From the NCBI GenBank assembly GCA_010093745.1, contig MU005983.1, forward strand, positions 1 to 64,000: a stretch of DNA of 64,000 nucleotides. The letters run 5' to 3'. The stretch comes from Piedraia hortae CBS 480.64 (taxonomy: Eukaryota). Within the stretch, counting starts at the first letter, position 1, and each line of letters starts with the position of its first letter. A program made the position numbers and the translations under genes. This document shows, in pieces, positions 23,111 through 35,573 of the stretch. The notes beneath the pieces are model-generated. The model searched no databases, was not told the DNA's origin, and was given only the letters and a program-made list of their open reading frames with translations.

Positions 23111-24397
23111 CTAAACAACCCAAACCTCCAGCCGTCCCATCTCCCCCTCCCCCACCCGCCGTCGATTCCAAACCATAACCGCCAGATCTAAATCCTCCTG
23201 ATCAGCGAGTGTGATGAGATCACCCTCCTCATCCTTCGTCTTCGTCCTCCACGTCCTTTCTCCCAGCTGGGGGAACTTCCTAGCAATAGCCTCTTCGAGG
23301 GTGGATAGAGATAGGGGTGTGTTGACCACGACCCACCGAATCTCTTCTTCACAGTGGACTTTGACGCGGAGTTTTGCCATCGCTTGGGTTGGTCGGGAAG
23401 CTGGCCCTTCAGGCGCGTAGCCCTCCTCCGGAATTGTCGAGCTAGACGCAGAGAGGAGGCTTGATGTCGCATTGCGGAGGTCGTGGGTTTCAGAGTCTGC
23501 TCTTCGACGACGGGAATGGTTATTGTTGTTTCGTGAGAAGTCGAACGCAGCAGGGCCGAGGTCGAGGTATTTCGGTCTTGGGCCGCGACGGGTTCCGGAG
23601 AGGAGGGAGGGAGAACACTCTTCTGAGCGGCGGCGGACGTGGCCTTGTGTTGAGGAGAGGGAGGTTTCGGGGGGTGGGGTTGGTGGGTAGCCTACCCTGT
23701 TGATAGGGGGTTCGGATTGTTGGCGCAGACGGGAGGGGGGTGCGTTGCGTTGTTGGAGGATTTGTTGGAGTTGTTGGGTTTTGGTGGAGTGCGATTTGGG
23801 CTGGTGGTGGTGGTTGCTGTGTTCCTTGACGTGTCGGATTTTGGCTTCAGAGGGGCGGTAGAGGACTCCTACCGGGATGGAGAACACGGTATATCCTTCT
23901 GCGGACTCGCGGATGGCTTCGTCGATGACATCGTGCTCTTTTACAACTTTGCAGTTGCGCGCGGAGGTGATTTCTTTGAGGCCAATGTCGCGTTGTTGGA
24001 GATAGACGGCGCAGAGGCCACGGTTGAAGAGACATTCACAGGCATAGAGTTTGAAGTGGAGGCCGAGTTGGTCATAGTCAATGTAGTTGTTCCCGCGGAG
24101 GTGTAGGAGGGCATCGCTGAAGCTGCGATGGGCTGCCTCGAAGCGTCCCAGCAGAAATTGACTCACGCCGGCTTGGAAATATGCTACGGCCAGATAGCGG
24201 TCGCGCCCAACAGCCCGCGCATAGGCCCCAATCGCCTCATCGTGCGAGCCAAGCGTGGCATAGATGACGCCAATGTTGAACGCGATCCGCGCCGTGTGGT
24301 CCATCTGTGAGAACTCATCGAGCGACGCGCTGAAGTCACCCCGGTCGTAGGCCTCCAGCGCGCGCACCCACGTCTCGATCTCTACCCGGAGTGACAT
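23111..24397 (-). CDS. noxR: NADPH oxidase regulator NoxR (p67phox-like, TPR + PB1)
   Basis: MSLRVEIETWVRAL, TPRs (YLAVAYFQAGVS), IDYDQLGL, YTVFSIPVGVLYRP, C-terminal PB1 (LRVKVH..DEEGDLIT). Intronless. Confidence 0.93.
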   Translation of the reverse strand: MSLRVEIETWVRALEAYDRGDFSASLDEFSQMDHTARIAFNIGVIYATLGSHDEAIGAYARAVGRDRYLAVAYFQAGVSQFLLGRFEAAHRSFSDALLHLRGNNYIDYDQLGLHFKLYACECLFNRGLCAVYLQQRDIGLKEITSARNCKVVKEHDVIDEAIRESAEGYTVFSIPVGVLYRPSEAKIRHVKEHSNHHHQPKSHSTKTQQLQQILQQRNAPPSRLRQQSEPPINRVGYPPTPPPETSLSSTQGHVRRRSEECSPSLLSGTRRGPRPKYLDLGPAAFDFSRNNNNHSRRRRADSETHDLRNATSSLLSASSSTIPEEGYAPEGPASRPTQAMAKLRVKVHCEEEIRWVVVNTPLSLSTLEEAIARKFPQLGERTWRTKTKDEEGDLITLADQEDLDLAVMVWNRRRVGEGEMGRLEVWVV

Positions 24398-24648
24398 AGT
24401 GGCTATGTAGGGGGGGGGGGGGGGGGGGGCTACGCGCGTGTTATGCAGCTGTCTATGTAGATTTGAGTGGCTTGCAGATTGGGCGTTAATCCCTGCCACT
24501 CGCATGGTCACGTCGCAGGTACATCACCCGAGGTGCTGCACCTGTGAGATGATTGGGCTTTGCTAGCAGCGGTAGTAGAATCGTGTATCCGAGACTTGCT
24601 AGGGGTAGCAGCATACCAGAAATGTATACGCAATATGCCTCTGCTAGA

Positions 24649-27600
24649 TCAATCATCATCGCTGCTCTCGGATATACCGCTGTCGGCGATAATCTCGCGC
24701 ATCATGGCAATTTTATCATCAAAGAGGCCAACGATGAAGCGGTACTGCGGCATGCGATACGAGTGCAGGCTGAGCACGTCCATGACCTTACGGAAGAGAT
24801 CGACGTCCTCGAAACAGGCCGCATGACGTGCTTTGAACCCCTGTAGGTCCATTGACGCCTTATTCGCCAGCACGCTATTGGGCATTTTCACAATCAGCCT
24901 GAGAATGGCAGTCTTGACGGGGTCGTCATCCTCTACCGGTGACCCGCGACTGGGAAACGGCGCCGGCTGAGTCGGATGCAGAGCCAGCAGCTTGTCAAAG
25001 TCCAGCGGCAAGACGTAGCCCAATGACCGACCCATGTCGTCAATCGCCCCGTCCCAACCATGTGTCATGAGAATCTCCTGCCCATGTAGACTTCTCGATA
25101 TGAGGCCCAGCACGAAGAAGGCTGTCCCCCGCAGACTCATGACCTGGCTCTGCTCGGCAATCTTGACAATGTGACCAACCACATCCGTCTGTTCGAGAAA
25201 GAAAGCGCCGCGTTCCATAGACCCAACGTTACCAACCGCCCACAGACACCCCTTGACTTTCAATATCGTCTCCACGTCAGACTCTTCCATGCCAAAATCT
25301 GCTATTGTGGCTGAGAATTCCTCGAAATGCCCCTTTGCCTTGAGGAGCTCGCACCCTTCGGCTGTCCGCGTCAACTCTCGATAAAAGTGCGGCGGCACAC
25401 ATCCAAAGTCTGCCGGCCCAAATCCATCCTCTGCTGGCGTGTTCTGTCCATCTGCGGGCTCCGCAAGCGCCCGCGCCAGCGAAGCCTCGACAATCATAAC
25501 ATAAGTTTCGTTTCGCCCGAGAAACCAGTCATCCATTTCTTTGGTAATGTAGTCTAATCCGTCGAGGTAGAAATAGCCCACGCTGGTTGACAGGAATCGT
25601 AGCAGTAACGGCGCCCCGATTGCACCGAGATGATCCAAAGCTGGGCGACACTTAACCACGTACTCCAACGAAGTCAGGTTGTTGCATGCCTCCTCTAGAA
25701 TTTTAATGGCCACCTCGCACACTTCAACGTCCGGGTCATACAGCTGGTCTACAAGCAGCTTGATGGCCCAAGTGGCTGGCTCTTCTGCACCCCCTTCGGC
25801 CTCGATCGGCATCATGGCATATTTACGCAGCATCTTTGTGCACAAGATCCGCATCTGCTTCGAGCCACGCACCATGGTCTTGCTTAGAATGATCCTCGGA
25901 TGGTGATACAGCGTGTAGTCCAGCTTCTTAATCAGCAAACGGATAAGATCGTCTCGCTGCTTCAGCTCGACAATGTGGTAACAAATGTTGATGATTTTCC
26001 ACCGTTCCAACAGCTGGATGCCGCGATGGTCGCTGCACATGACGCCAAGCATGTCGAGGTAGCCACCCACCAGCTTGTCCTGCAGCTGCTCGGGCGAGAA
26101 TAGCGGCGATTTGGACGTTATGCCGCTCATGGGATCCTGTTGCGCAAGACACTCGCCAATCTGCGGAATCAACTTGTTAGCCTCGAGATATTTTGCTCCC
26201 TCATTGGTCTGCAGCAGCAGCTTCAGCAGAGACGTCGCCATGCGCACATAGCGCTGGTTGACCTTGTTATTAGGCTCGTTGGAGAACCGCCCTTTGAACG
26301 GTCGCAGGAAGCCAAGCAGCCGATGCACGAGCTTTGTCGTCGCCATTGCCTCTTGCAGTCTCTTTGGATTGGACATTGGACCGTCGATGAGCTCTTGGAT
26401 CAGCTTCCAGTCCCATTTTGTAAAGTTGACTGTCTGCAATACCCCCGTTTCGACTACCTTCGATCGAAACGACGTTTCGTCCGTCATGACGGTGGTTTGT
26501 GCTCGTGATGCTGCTCGTGTGCGGGCAGAAGATGCCGATCCCGCTTGGCCAGACTCCGCCAGAGACCTCTGCAGGGTCCTGTTGATGCTGTCGACCTGAT
26601 ACACTGTCGACACGGCATGGAAGTGTCCTTGACTATGGAAATTGGTAGCCGAATCAAACAGCTCTGGTAATGACTGCACGCCAGAGCTCCACGATGGCGG
26701 TAGCAACTCGCTGGCCATGCACAAGACTTCCGCCAGAAGCAAGCCCGTCTTCCGCCTAAGCGGCTGCGTCGGTGCATCGCGCTCGGCAAGTACCAGCGCC
26801 GTTAGCAAGCCCTGTCTTAACAATATTGTCAACGAGACAGCCAAGAAATGCTGGACTAGACTTCTTTTGTCCGATTCATCAGCCACGGCTTTTGTCTGCT
26901 GTTCTACATTCGAATTCAAGTTGGTAACCCGTCCATATGTTGTCAATCGTCGCCCGCCAATAAACGGTGCCGACCACGATGGCATTTTGATGCGCAGTAT
27001 CTCCGCCAAAAGATCGAGAACTGTCGAACGTACCGGCATGCTGGTGACATACAGTGCAGCCACCACCGACCGCACTGGCAAGAAGTCGTGCAGCGCGAGT
27101 GTCATCAGACCTGGCCAACTCTTGAACAAAGCAGATATCACGCGGGCACTGGACTGGAGCCTGTCTTCGAACATGTGGCTGATGAAAGGCTCCGTCAGCG
27201 ATGCAAATGCTGTGCTGAACTCAAAGCCAGACTGGAGAAGACGGCGGTGGTTGGGCGGGTCCATTAGATGAAGAAAGGGGTCGATGAGCGTCTCTGGAGC
27301 TGCGTAGACGCCGCTCCCCATGGCATACGAGAGCACGCTGAGGCCTCCCGCTTGTATGACCAACATGGGCGCCTTCACCAACAGCTCTGCTAGTGTCAGA
27401 ATGGCAATGTTTCGTAAATGCTCGTCATGGTTGCTTGCAACGGCCACAATGGCACGAGCTACGCCGGGATCAATCTCCAGCACACCGTCAGGAATGTCCA
27501 GAAAGGCTCGGACGAATTTCATTGCCTGCTCGCGGTCCACTCCCCGCCTACTTTCCTGTACGAGGGACAAGATGACAAAGTAGTCGGTCTGCAGCTTGCG

Positions 27601-28437
27601 AATAGTCTGCAGAGAGCTCCGTCCGGACATTGCGTACCGGATGACCCGGTATCCTGCCGCAACAACCTCTCCGCAGTCGCTGAGCAGTAGCATCTGCATT
27701 CTTTGGCCAAACAGCGACCACGCAAGGTCATATTTTAACCTGCCGTATAGTTTGAGAAGCTCTACGAGATGGTTTGCGTGGCGTACATAGTAGTCAGACG
27801 GCTTATCCTCGACCTCCAGCGCCTGGAGGATTTCTGCAAAAACGAAAGATGCCGACTTCGCCTCGGTCGGCTGCGTCTGCGCATCGCCCGGCGGATGCAT
27901 GGGCGACTTGAGCGGCATGCCACCGAACAAATGCGATATGCTCTTGCGCGGACTACTGGACACTTGTTCTCTGCTGCGTGCAATCTCCGCCTCAAGTCCT
28001 TGCTTCAACTCTACAATCTTGCGCTTTGATGTGTTGAGCTCCAGCTCGACTGCCTTTCTCTGTTCGCGTGCCTGCTTCGCATTCTTGGAGTCGAGGGCTT
28101 TAAGTAGGTTTTCGGTGCCAGTCTTGATCTTCATCTCTTTCTGGATGCGGTCACGGAACTCGGCCTGGCGCTGCTCGCTGTCGACGGGTTCGCTGGCGCC
28201 CTCTTCGCCATCTCCGCCCAAGGAGGCCTTCGTCTCCGTTCTAGTAAGTTCGTTGCGCGACGCCACAGACTTGTCATCGGCCATGGAGTTGCTGGGCGCC
28301 AGTGATGGCCTATAGGACTGCGCATATCTGGCTGTCGCAAAGCTTGGCGCCAGCAGCGACCGCCCATCTTTGCCCACCAGACGCGGCGGCGGGGCAAGGC
28401 CGTCGTCCGGTCCGTCAACGCGCGAAGTCGGCGTCAT
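24649..28437 (-). CDS. AVO3: TORC2 subunit Rictor (Avo3/Tsc11/Ste20)
   Basis: N-terminal HR1 (IQKEMKIKTGTENLL), GRRLTTYGR, LVDQLYDPDVEVC, LWAVGNVGS, SLRGTAFFVLGLI. First in-frame ATG at 28437; start uncertain. Confidence 0.92.
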   Translation of the reverse strand: MTPTSRVDGPDDGLAPPPRLVGKDGRSLLAPSFATARYAQSYRPSLAPSNSMADDKSVASRNELTRTETKASLGGDGEEGASEPVDSEQRQAEFRDRIQKEMKIKTGTENLLKALDSKNAKQAREQRKAVELELNTSKRKIVELKQGLEAEIARSREQVSSSPRKSISHLFGGMPLKSPMHPPGDAQTQPTEAKSASFVFAEILQALEVEDKPSDYYVRHANHLVELLKLYGRLKYDLAWSLFGQRMQMLLLSDCGEVVAAGYRVIRYAMSGRSSLQTIRKLQTDYFVILSLVQESRRGVDREQAMKFVRAFLDIPDGVLEIDPGVARAIVAVASNHDEHLRNIAILTLAELLVKAPMLVIQAGGLSVLSYAMGSGVYAAPETLIDPFLHLMDPPNHRRLLQSGFEFSTAFASLTEPFISHMFEDRLQSSARVISALFKSWPGLMTLALHDFLPVRSVVAALYVTSMPVRSTVLDLLAEILRIKMPSWSAPFIGGRRLTTYGRVTNLNSNVEQQTKAVADESDKRSLVQHFLAVSLTILLRQGLLTALVLAERDAPTQPLRRKTGLLLAEVLCMASELLPPSWSSGVQSLPELFDSATNFHSQGHFHAVSTVYQVDSINRTLQRSLAESGQAGSASSARTRAASRAQTTVMTDETSFRSKVVETGVLQTVNFTKWDWKLIQELIDGPMSNPKRLQEAMATTKLVHRLLGFLRPFKGRFSNEPNNKVNQRYVRMATSLLKLLLQTNEGAKYLEANKLIPQIGECLAQQDPMSGITSKSPLFSPEQLQDKLVGGYLDMLGVMCSDHRGIQLLERWKIINICYHIVELKQRDDLIRLLIKKLDYTLYHHPRIILSKTMVRGSKQMRILCTKMLRKYAMMPIEAEGGAEEPATWAIKLLVDQLYDPDVEVCEVAIKILEEACNNLTSLEYVVKCRPALDHLGAIGAPLLLRFLSTSVGYFYLDGLDYITKEMDDWFLGRNETYVMIVEASLARALAEPADGQNTPAEDGFGPADFGCVPPHFYRELTRTAEGCELLKAKGHFEEFSATIADFGMEESDVETILKVKGCLWAVGNVGSMERGAFFLEQTDVVGHIVKIAEQSQVMSLRGTAFFVLGLISRSLHGQEILMTHGWDGAIDDMGRSLGYVLPLDFDKLLALHPTQPAPFPSRGSPVEDDDPVKTAILRLIVKMPNSVLANKASMDLQGFKARHAACFEDVDLFRKVMDVLSLHSYRMPQYRFIVGLFDDKIAMMREIIADSGISESSDDD

Positions 28438-28656
28438 CTGCCCGTCTGGGGCATTGATTCCGCGACGTCCTCGTGCATCGAGCTCATCTGTGTGTCGCTC
28501 GCCGTTGCGCAACTGTCGAGGCAGTGTCACGTGTCGTGGGGCCGTTTCATGCGTGTGACGTATGATGATTGTGTATGTGTGTGTGGGTGAGAGAGAATGT
28601 GTGTGTGTGAGAGGGGGGCATGAGGATGTGAAATGTGTGGTGGGATTACTGTTGGA

Positions 28657-29174
28657 CTATCCTACAATGCTTTTTGCTCCGCCCCCCTCCCCAAGCTTCA
28701 CAATATTCTTCTCGTACGGATGCTGTGGCCCCTCAAAGCACTTTAACCGTGCCAGCCTGGGCTCTCTAAGTCGGTTCTTGGGCAGCATTCCGCTGACCGC
28801 TCGCTTCAGCACCTCTCCACCGCCCCATTTCTCCATTAATCGCTCCATAGTTATCGACTTTAGGCTGCCGGGTCGAGTCGTGTGTGTGTAATACTTTTCC
28901 TTCTCTCGCTTGCGCCCCGTTGTATGTAGATAGTGGCAGTTTGTGACCACAACATAGTCTCCGCAGTCTGTTGAAGGGTCGTAAATAGGCTTGTTCTTGC
29001 CCATGAGCGTGAAGGCGATTCGCGAGGCGAGACGTCCGAGCGGTCGCGGCGGACCAACTCCCGGGGCCAGATCAACATGGTGCCATACTCGCGCATACGC
29101 CAGACGAGTCTACAGATGTCAGAAATGCTCAGCGAAGCATCGGCCGCACACACCTTGCCAGCGAACTGCGACAT
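28657..29174 (-). CDS. MRPL23: Mitochondrial ribosomal protein uL13m
   Basis: Exon1 MSQFAGK, intron 29153-29110, then TRLAYARVWHHVD..LGRLASRIA..GKNKPIYDPSTDCGDYVVV..MLPKNRLR. Confidence 0.93.
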
Positions 29175-29264
29175 TGTGAAGTCACTTGTGAAATGTCACG
29201 TAATTTACGCGACTAACCCCCCGACATATCCCCGACCGCATACGTCACACCCATCGTAATCGTC

Positions 29265-30002
29265 ATGATCCCGCCATTTGACACGACGTTTGCCGTCCAT
29301 CTGACTTGTGAAGCGTGTATCAAAGACGTTTCAACATCACTTTACGAGCTTGACGGCATCCAGAATGTCAATGCCGATCTTGAGAATCAGCTCGTTTGCG
29401 TGACAGGCAACGCGCCACCCTCGAGCATCGTAGCGGCCATTCAGAAAACCGGCCGTGACGCCATTCTTCGTGGGACAGGCAAACCCGACAGCGCTGCTGT
29501 CTGTATTCTGGAGTCTCATGCTACCAATGTCAGAGCTGAAAACATCCGCGGCCTTATCCGTATGGTTCAGGTCGCACCGGCCCTCACTCTGCTGGATGTA
29601 ACCGTTCGCGGCGTCATCCCTGGCGAGTATCACGTAACAGCCCGTCAATCGGGCGACATTTCAGAAGGCGCTGTGTCTACAGGCGGCATTTGGGGTGCCC
29701 TCGTTGCGCAAAAGACCTCACCGCCTCGCTTAGCTCGAGGCATTCTGGGCACCGTAACGGTTGGTCAGGCCGGCCGGGGATCTGCGTTTCTTGACAGGCC
29801 TATTGATATCTGGGAACTTATCGGAAGGGGAATTGTTGTCAGCAGGCAGCAACACGGGTTTACGAAAGAAGACCCCAACACGCTCGTTGGCGTCGTAGCG
29901 AGAAGCGCAGGGGTGTGGGAAAACGATAAGACAGTGTGCAGTTGCAGCGGCAAATCAGTGTGGGAGGAGCGCGAGGAACAAACTAGCCGGGGGATGTTGT
30001 AG
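29265..30002 (+). CDS. CCS1: Copper chaperone for Cu/Zn SOD
   Basis: HMA domain (LTCEAC), SOD-like middle domain, C-terminal ARSAGVWENDKTVCSC. Confidence 0.95.
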   Translation: MIPPFDTTFAVHLTCEACIKDVSTSLYELDGIQNVNADLENQLVCVTGNAPPSSIVAAIQKTGRDAILRGTGKPDSAAVCILESHATNVRAENIRGLIRMVQVAPALTLLDVTVRGVIPGEYHVTARQSGDISEGAVSTGGIWGALVAQKTSPPRLARGILGTVTVGQAGRGSAFLDRPIDIWELIGRGIVVSRQQHGFTKEDPNTLVGVVARSAGVWENDKTVCSCSGKSVWEEREEQTSRGML

Positions 30003-30213
30003 CTGTTTCCGTACGAGCTGTGTGGCGCAAGACCCCGTATGGGTGGGACCGTGGCTGACCAAGTCCCGAGACCAGGCTGCAGGAACGGTTCCAGGGTCTG
30101 GCTGAGCTCCAAGTTTAGCTTTCGGTACGGGCCGCCCGTCGAGCCATTGTCAATTTAAAAAGCGCACAAAGACAGCATTCGAAGCCCCTCGACAACACAG
30201 CGCCGCAAACACA

Positions 30214-31415
<1,202 letters not shown>

Positions 31416-31499
31416 TGTAGAGTGTTTTCATGACGGAATACAGAACGACTTACACGTGTCTTGTTCCCCATCGCGTGGGTGAGCCACCAGAAAAATTTG

Positions 31500-32300
31500 A
31501 CCCATGTCATAGCAATTTCATCGAAATAGATAGATTTAAAAGGGGAAAGCAGTTCAGTTGGTGCTCGTTTTGGTATGTTCCTCAGTGTCATATAACCATC
31601 TGTCGAGAGCTGACCATACTCCTCTCGGATCGTGTATACCTTAACATGATCTCTGTCCATCTATCAAATTATAAATCCATCCATGACCTTCCTGGCTTTC
31701 CCAAGCCGAATCTTGTTCTATTTCCTCGGTCTTAAGGGCGATCTACCTAGCCACTTTCCCTCTCAATGACTTCGAAAACGAAGACGTCCACTCTTACGAG
31801 TAACATATCTCACCAAAGATCATCCCTTCTCTGTTTGTTGCTTGAAGCCCCATCTCGTTGTTCCTCTACATATGAAGTCATTGACCCAAGCGAATGCCGA
31901 TGACATACAAAAGACGAAGGCTTTATAGGCAATTTCGGGCATGTCAGTCGCCGGGTTAACTGCACCGCAAACGGCACCATTGCGGTACAGTGTGTTGTGG
32001 TTGTCCTTCGAACTTTTCACGTCTCAAATAACGCGGGAAGCTCCCGACCGGCCTGGGTTAGAGTAGGAGAACCGTGTAGCGATGGTGGTACAAAGTTCTA
32101 CAAGTCCCTAACATTGCTCCGCAGAAAAGCCACAGAAAGTGGTTTGGTCCATCGCGGGAAACTTGAACGACACTTTCAACCGCACTCTTCATATTCGACA
32201 CCGTGTCGGTGCAGATAGCGTTTATGCGCTCCGGCCCGATCCCTTCAATGGCCAGATACACAAGCAGCGTGCGGGTTGGCCTCCGTCGCCGCTGCCTTGT
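31500..32300 (-). mobile_element. hAT-family transposase relic
   Basis: AIEGIGPERINAICTDTVSNMKSA (TDNxxNM motif) and a downstream TTRWG motif, in broken frames. Confidence 0.55.
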
Positions 32301-33179
32301 AAAAAAAAAAAAAAAAAAAACTGACCATCAGGAGTAACTAGGAGGTAACTGCTTAGAGGCTCGTTTCGTTGATGTGGAATCCTTTGGTTGTGCCGCCTTA
32401 TGCAGGGCACTTTTTGCTGATTTGGCAAGCTTTGAAAGGGTGCATGGGTGTGCTGCTTTGTGGATATCCGTCATTTCGATGATAAACTGACAGTCCTTTG
32501 TGAAGGTTATGGACATTTGGGGATCCGAAGCCTTGGCTTCCCAGTTTGGAATCTTGTGGTCGTACGCAGTAGGGCGTTCGTTGAACGGACAAGTCCAACC
32601 CGCATCAGAACTCGTTCCAGAACCGAACGATTTCTCAGACCTTGTAATTGCCACGACACTTGAGCTTTGTGGTGGTTTTGTGCATCATGTCGGAAAACTT
32701 GGTGTTGGGCATGGTGTTGAAGCGGATAGGTTGAGTAGTGGATGGAGCGGCCTGTGTAGAGGTTGGTTCTCTCTTTGTGGGAGACCGCTTGTGTGCATTT
32801 TCCAGGATATTGAAAGTGTCCAAGTCCGCCGAAGTGCAATCGGGCGCTTCCTTTCATGTGATACCTGCTCAGTGACGCTTGGTTCTGCAGGGGGCGGTGG
32901 CTTGAGAGGTAGTTTTTTCCTTGGTCACCCTCAAACAGGACGTTGCTGACACTCGCTCAAGCAGGCGAGTTGTTATGTATTCGCGACATTTGGTTTCTGG
33001 TATGTGCTTTGTGGGCATGGCGTTAAATTTCGGTCGTGGTATGGCTTGGCGGGTCAACCACCCATGCGGTAACTTGGCCCCACATCCACGTGGACGTGGG
33101 GCTTGCCGCTTGCCTCTTCTGGCGATAGAACAACACCGCTCCAGCGAGACGACCAGCGACGAGCAATTTGCAAAAGCAA

Positions 33180-33758
33180 ATGTCCCTCAACTTTGCCCCA
33201 TACCAGTCCTCTCCGGAGCCCGACTCTCCGCAACATACACAAAATTCCAGCACTGAAGATCCATGGGCGGCCGCGCGAGCCCAGCCCCTACCCTTGCCAT
33301 CCCGCTATCATGACTCCCTCTCCTCCGGCTATTCCTCGATCGACGGTGTCGGTCGCGAAACGGCCTACTCAGACCTCGAGCCAGGCTCATTGCCGTCGAC
33401 ATACTATGGCTCCAGCAGCAATGCAAAGATCTACAACCCATCCCTACCACTACCCCTCGGCGTTGAAGCCGCGCTCGCATATCTCCTTTTTCCGCCTGCG
33501 GGGGCTATTGTCTTACTACTCTTCGAACGGAAAAGCGATTACGTACGTTTCCACGCGTGGCAAGCCCTCCTCCTCATCCTATCTCTCGGACTCGTACACT
33601 TGGTGTTAGCATGGACGGTCATCGGAAGCTGGATACTTTTTGCGCTGGATATGCTGCTCCTCGCCTACCTCGCATTCCGCGCATATAGGGATAGTCTTGT
33701 GCTCGACAGGGTCGAGGTTCCCGTCATCGGACCCGTCGTCAACCGCTGGGTGGGATAG
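33180..33758 (+). CDS. Small multi-pass membrane protein (DUF4870/Tic20-like)
   Basis: FAPYQSSPE N-terminus; EAALAYLLFPPAGAIVLLLFERKSDYVRFHAWQA followed by hydrophobic helices. Confidence 0.7.
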   Translation: MSLNFAPYQSSPEPDSPQHTQNSSTEDPWAAARAQPLPLPSRYHDSLSSGYSSIDGVGRETAYSDLEPGSLPSTYYGSSSNAKIYNPSLPLPLGVEAALAYLLFPPAGAIVLLLFERKSDYVRFHAWQALLLILSLGLVHLVLAWTVIGSWILFALDMLLLAYLAFRAYRDSLVLDRVEVPVIGPVVNRWVG

Positions 33759-33834
33759 TCCCCGGGTCACTTTGCATATACATTGTTCTTAGCGTAATTC
33801 GTACAGGCCATTTCTATCCTGCAGTGGAGAGGTT

Positions 33835-34471
33835 TTAAACGGGAAGATCCTTGTGTGCTCTCTGGTCTGCTCCGGCTTTTTCTCCTGCGAACCGCAGTCC
33901 TTTGGCCAGATATGGTCCCACTACGGGAATGTTCCATGCGAATGTCGACATGGTCTTGAAGAACCTGTATTTTTCCTCGTCAGCTGGGCCAGATTCGGGG
34001 GTTTTGCCAGTAAAGTGTCTGCAACGTATCCATCTCCCTCCCTCCCTTCAGTGAAAGGGAAATACTCACTCTCCAAAAAGCACCCATCCACCTGCCAACT
34101 CCAGCATGAACCCGCCCCATGTCCACCGAGATAGAACCAATGCGATACCCAGCCAAAAAGCAACAGCACCTTTCCACTTTTCCCTCCTCCCGAAGAAGAA
34201 CTTTACTGTCCGCGGGAAGCCCAGTAACGTTACTATTCCCGCAACAAGAAGTAGATTGCCCATTGCCAATAATGCTCGGTCGAGGAACATTATTACTCCC
34301 AGCGAAAGGAAAGCAGTCCCTGGTGATTATTAGGGGTTTCGGAAAGGTAAGAGGGGGTTTGTACCAATCGCGCAAAGGCCGACGCCAATTTCTAGATTAT
34401 TGTTGTCAGTTTTGAGGATCTTTGGGAGTAAGGGAACGCTGACTTTGCGTATCTGACATCCAGTAAGGCAT
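33835..34471 (-). CDS. GOT1: Got1 ER-Golgi vesicle transport membrane protein
   Basis: MPYWMSDTQKIGVG..MFLDRALLAMGNLL..FGEFFKT..IPVVGPY..LPV*. Introns 34443-34392, 34364-34320, 34069-33965. Confidence 0.9.
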
Positions 34472-35573
34472 TTTGAAGGGATCCGTGAGGCAAGAGTCTA
34501 TTCAGTGTGACAGTTGGAGACGGGTGTCGTTGCTGTTACAGCGGAATACGTCCGCGTGGATTTGGTGATCAACCGGGGGGGGGGGAGGGGGGTGTGTGGA
34601 ACCGAAAACCTCCAAGGCATGGAACCGAAACTCACACTTACCCACATCTGAAACCCATCAGGGGCCACATATTTTAAGTTCCAGAGAATGGCAATTCGAC
34701 AAGCACATCGAGCCTGCTCAAGCTGGAGACTGCGAGGTGCCTCAGAACGAGAGTATCCGTAGAAGAAATCGTGAGTTCGTCGGTCGTCTGACCCAGATCG
34801 TTGTCATAAGTGGACAAATTCCAAAGTTCTCTGGTCTACCACAAACCTATCTGAAGATGATCCGATAAAGATCGTGCCCTCTACATGTAACCCTGGCAAA
34901 TAGTAGCAGTGTTTATATGTCCACAAACTCGAAGGCTATCCAGATCATGCAACCGGCCTCGGCTGAATTTACATTGCTGTAGAGTGACGGGGTCTGGTCT
35001 GCGTCGAGCCATAATAAATTGGCCGCTGCAGAACGTTTATTATATAATGAAGAAAATATGCCACACTCGACCAACTCAGAACCTCTTCAGTACATGCACC
35101 ATCCTAAGACTCCCGGATATATATCTAAAATAATGTCCCAAAGGTGCACGACCTCAGGATCCGTTGAGTATGCAATGCTTCAGGACAGCAACATCAAGCT
35201 CAATCTTTGGGCGTTCCATGATTGCTGTGGCTGTTACAAACTACATGACGTTTTGTCAGTACATTTTCTGGATTGCAGATGTTTGGATCTAGCGTGATAT
35301 CAGACTGTTGAGCTTGAAGATTGAGGCTTCATCGAGAATACTCTCGGCAAGGTATGGAAAAGATGGTCATCATAGTAAATGGGAGAATGTGCAAGTGGAG
35401 AAGGCTTACCCACTGTCGTTGTCTACGGAATTGAAGGAAAATTGTGGACGCGCAGTGGACAGCTGCAAAGCGGAGCGGGCCGCGCCGAGTGGATTAGTCA
35501 TTGCATCGTTCTTCGAACAAAAGGCTGGGATCTCCGAATGGGAAGGTGATGCTATAAGAAAGACATATACACA

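Noticed and set aside
34600..35570. Short ORFs between GOT1 and ARL1
   Set aside because: No recognisable motifs or consistent frame; may be decayed sequence but cannot be supported.
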